A DNA stretch of 32,775 nucleotides from Patescibacteria group bacterium. Its GTDB lineage: Bacteria > Patescibacteriota > Minisyncoccia > Minisyncoccales > PWPS01. Of the stretch, positions 31,914-32,775 are shown in pieces. The number at the start of each line of letters is the position of its first letter. Position 1 is the stretch's first letter. The stretch is taken from positions 1 through 32,775 of the forward strand of contig JAYEKQ010000044.1 of assembly GCA_034661095.1 (NCBI GenBank), written 5' to 3'. Position numbers and translations under genes: made by a program. A model generated the notes under the pieces. That model saw nothing but the letters and a program-made list of their open reading frames with translations. It made no database searches and had not been told where the DNA came from.

Positions 31914-32742
31914 GTGGGGAAATTGTCAAAACCATCTCTTTTACATAGGCGCGGACTATTCTTTTCAGATTGCTTGCTTCTTCTTTTGATATTACTATTA
32001 ACCCTTGCCTCTCTAAATCATCTCTTGTCAGTTCTCTTTCTCTTACCTCTTTGTTTTGATAATTTAAAGAAAGATAATCTATGTAAGTATTGAAATAAAA
32101 AGGATGCCATAGAAACATTGTAATCATCTCGTTAGCATCCTCTTGCGCCCTAACGGCAAGTTCTGAAATTTTATTTGGAATCTCTTTGTTGTTTTTATAT
32201 TTGTAATTTTCAGCATTCCCCCAAACAGAAAGCCCCTTCTGTGGTTTATTTTCTTTCTTGTTAACTTCCACTTCTTCTCTTCTTTTAAAACAAAAATTAA
32301 AAAGTTTACTATAACAAGAAGAAATTTCTCCTTCTAGTGACTTCTGATACCACTCTTTTGGATCTTCTGGGCTTTCTTTTGAGCAAAGATACTCTTGATA
32401 GGCGTGATTTGCCTCGTGTAAAAAGCGATACTTCTCTGTTTCCACTCCTGGAGCAGGAAAAAGATCTTCTTCTATCTCTTTATTTCTTCCCATTTTAAAA
32501 ACACAATCCTCCCACTTCTGGTGAGGCATTTCTTTTTTGGAAATAGATATTATCTTTGTGAAACTGTAATAAACAAAGCCCCAGTCCTCTTCTCTATCTT
32601 CTGTTTCTCTTATATACCCCTCTTCAATTAAAAAATTTCCCAACTTCAACTCTATGTCTTTGTTTTCGTCACCAATTCGTGCCTTTTTAGGAACATCAAG
32701 ATATTTTTTTATTTTTTGTTTTATCTTTTGTTTACTGCTCAT
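31909..32742 (-). CDS. Hypothetical cytoplasmic protein with an HExxH motif (FLHEANHAYQEY)
   Basis: ORF of 277 aa with no signal peptide and no family recognised. The last codons and stop lie inside the repeat at 31844-31913. Confidence 0.45.
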   Translation of the reverse strand: MSSKQKIKQKIKKYLDVPKKARIGDENKDIELKLGNFLIEEGYIRETEDREEDWGFVYYSFTKIISISKKEMPHQKWEDCVFKMGRNKEIEEDLFPAPGVETEKYRFLHEANHAYQEYLCSKESPEDPKEWYQKSLEGEISSCYSKLFNFCFKRREEVEVNKKENKPQKGLSVWGNAENYKYKNNKEIPNKISELAVRAQEDANEMITMFLWHPFYFNTYIDYLSLNYQNKEVRERELTRDDLERQGLIVISKEEASNLKRIVRAYVKEMVLTISPQ

Positions 32743-32775
32743 CTTGATGATAATTAAATTTAATTCTTTTTAATT

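Noticed and set aside
295-32093. All plus-strand ORFs in the track (for example 295-537, 357-635, 2365-2568, 8144-8356, 8449-8694, 9369-9578, 11936-12178, 14043-14441, 14531-14776, 14870-15109, 15809-15997, 17092-17367, 17273-17464, 18855-19118, 20804-21010, 23473-23712, 23786-24001, 24664-24930, 24998-25183, 26054-26254, 28428-28724, 29281-29484, 30666-30920, 31317-31550, 31342-31545, 31881-32093)
   Set aside because: Each lies antisense within a well-supported minus-strand gene and has low-complexity, F/L/S-rich composition. That composition is typical of the reverse strand of AT-rich, K/E-rich genes.

Overview
AT-rich 32.8-kb window. Every feature I can support lies on the minus strand: 29 CDS, tRNA-Gln(CUG), tRNA-Thr(CGU) and a type-A RNase P RNA. 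The ORF track missed the RNase P RNA and merged it into an over-extended murJ ORF. Gene content is core housekeeping: ftsZ (partial), obg, ychF, ftsEX, prfB with its +1 frameshift, a DivIC/FtsB-like gene, lepA, murJ, truB, sortase, rnhA, a RecJ-like DHH protein, pgk, secDF, secA, hpf, murB, a stand-alone 5'-3' exonuclease and HU. Compact proteins, no Shine-Dalgarno sequences and -10 boxes 6-9 nt from start codons suggest a reduced genome, possibly Patescibacteria/CPR-like (inference only). Three things stand out. (1) A three-gene module sits in the secDF transcription unit: a sigma-region-4/HARE-HTH protein, a Trp-rich membrane protein and a TM-less VirD4/TraD-like ATPase with a zinc-ribbon tail. 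No other conjugation or secretion genes are nearby. (2) A ~270-nt non-coding element occurs twice in opposite orientations, and three of its stems differ in sequence between copies but stay complementary. This fits a structured RNA or an unusual MITE. (3) The intergenic regions are built from modules: GC-richer hairpins that exist as compensatory variants, an ~90-nt long palindrome, in-phase degenerate 7-bp arrays, and two orphan promoter-to-terminator mini-units. Several gene 3' ends are encoded by these repeats.
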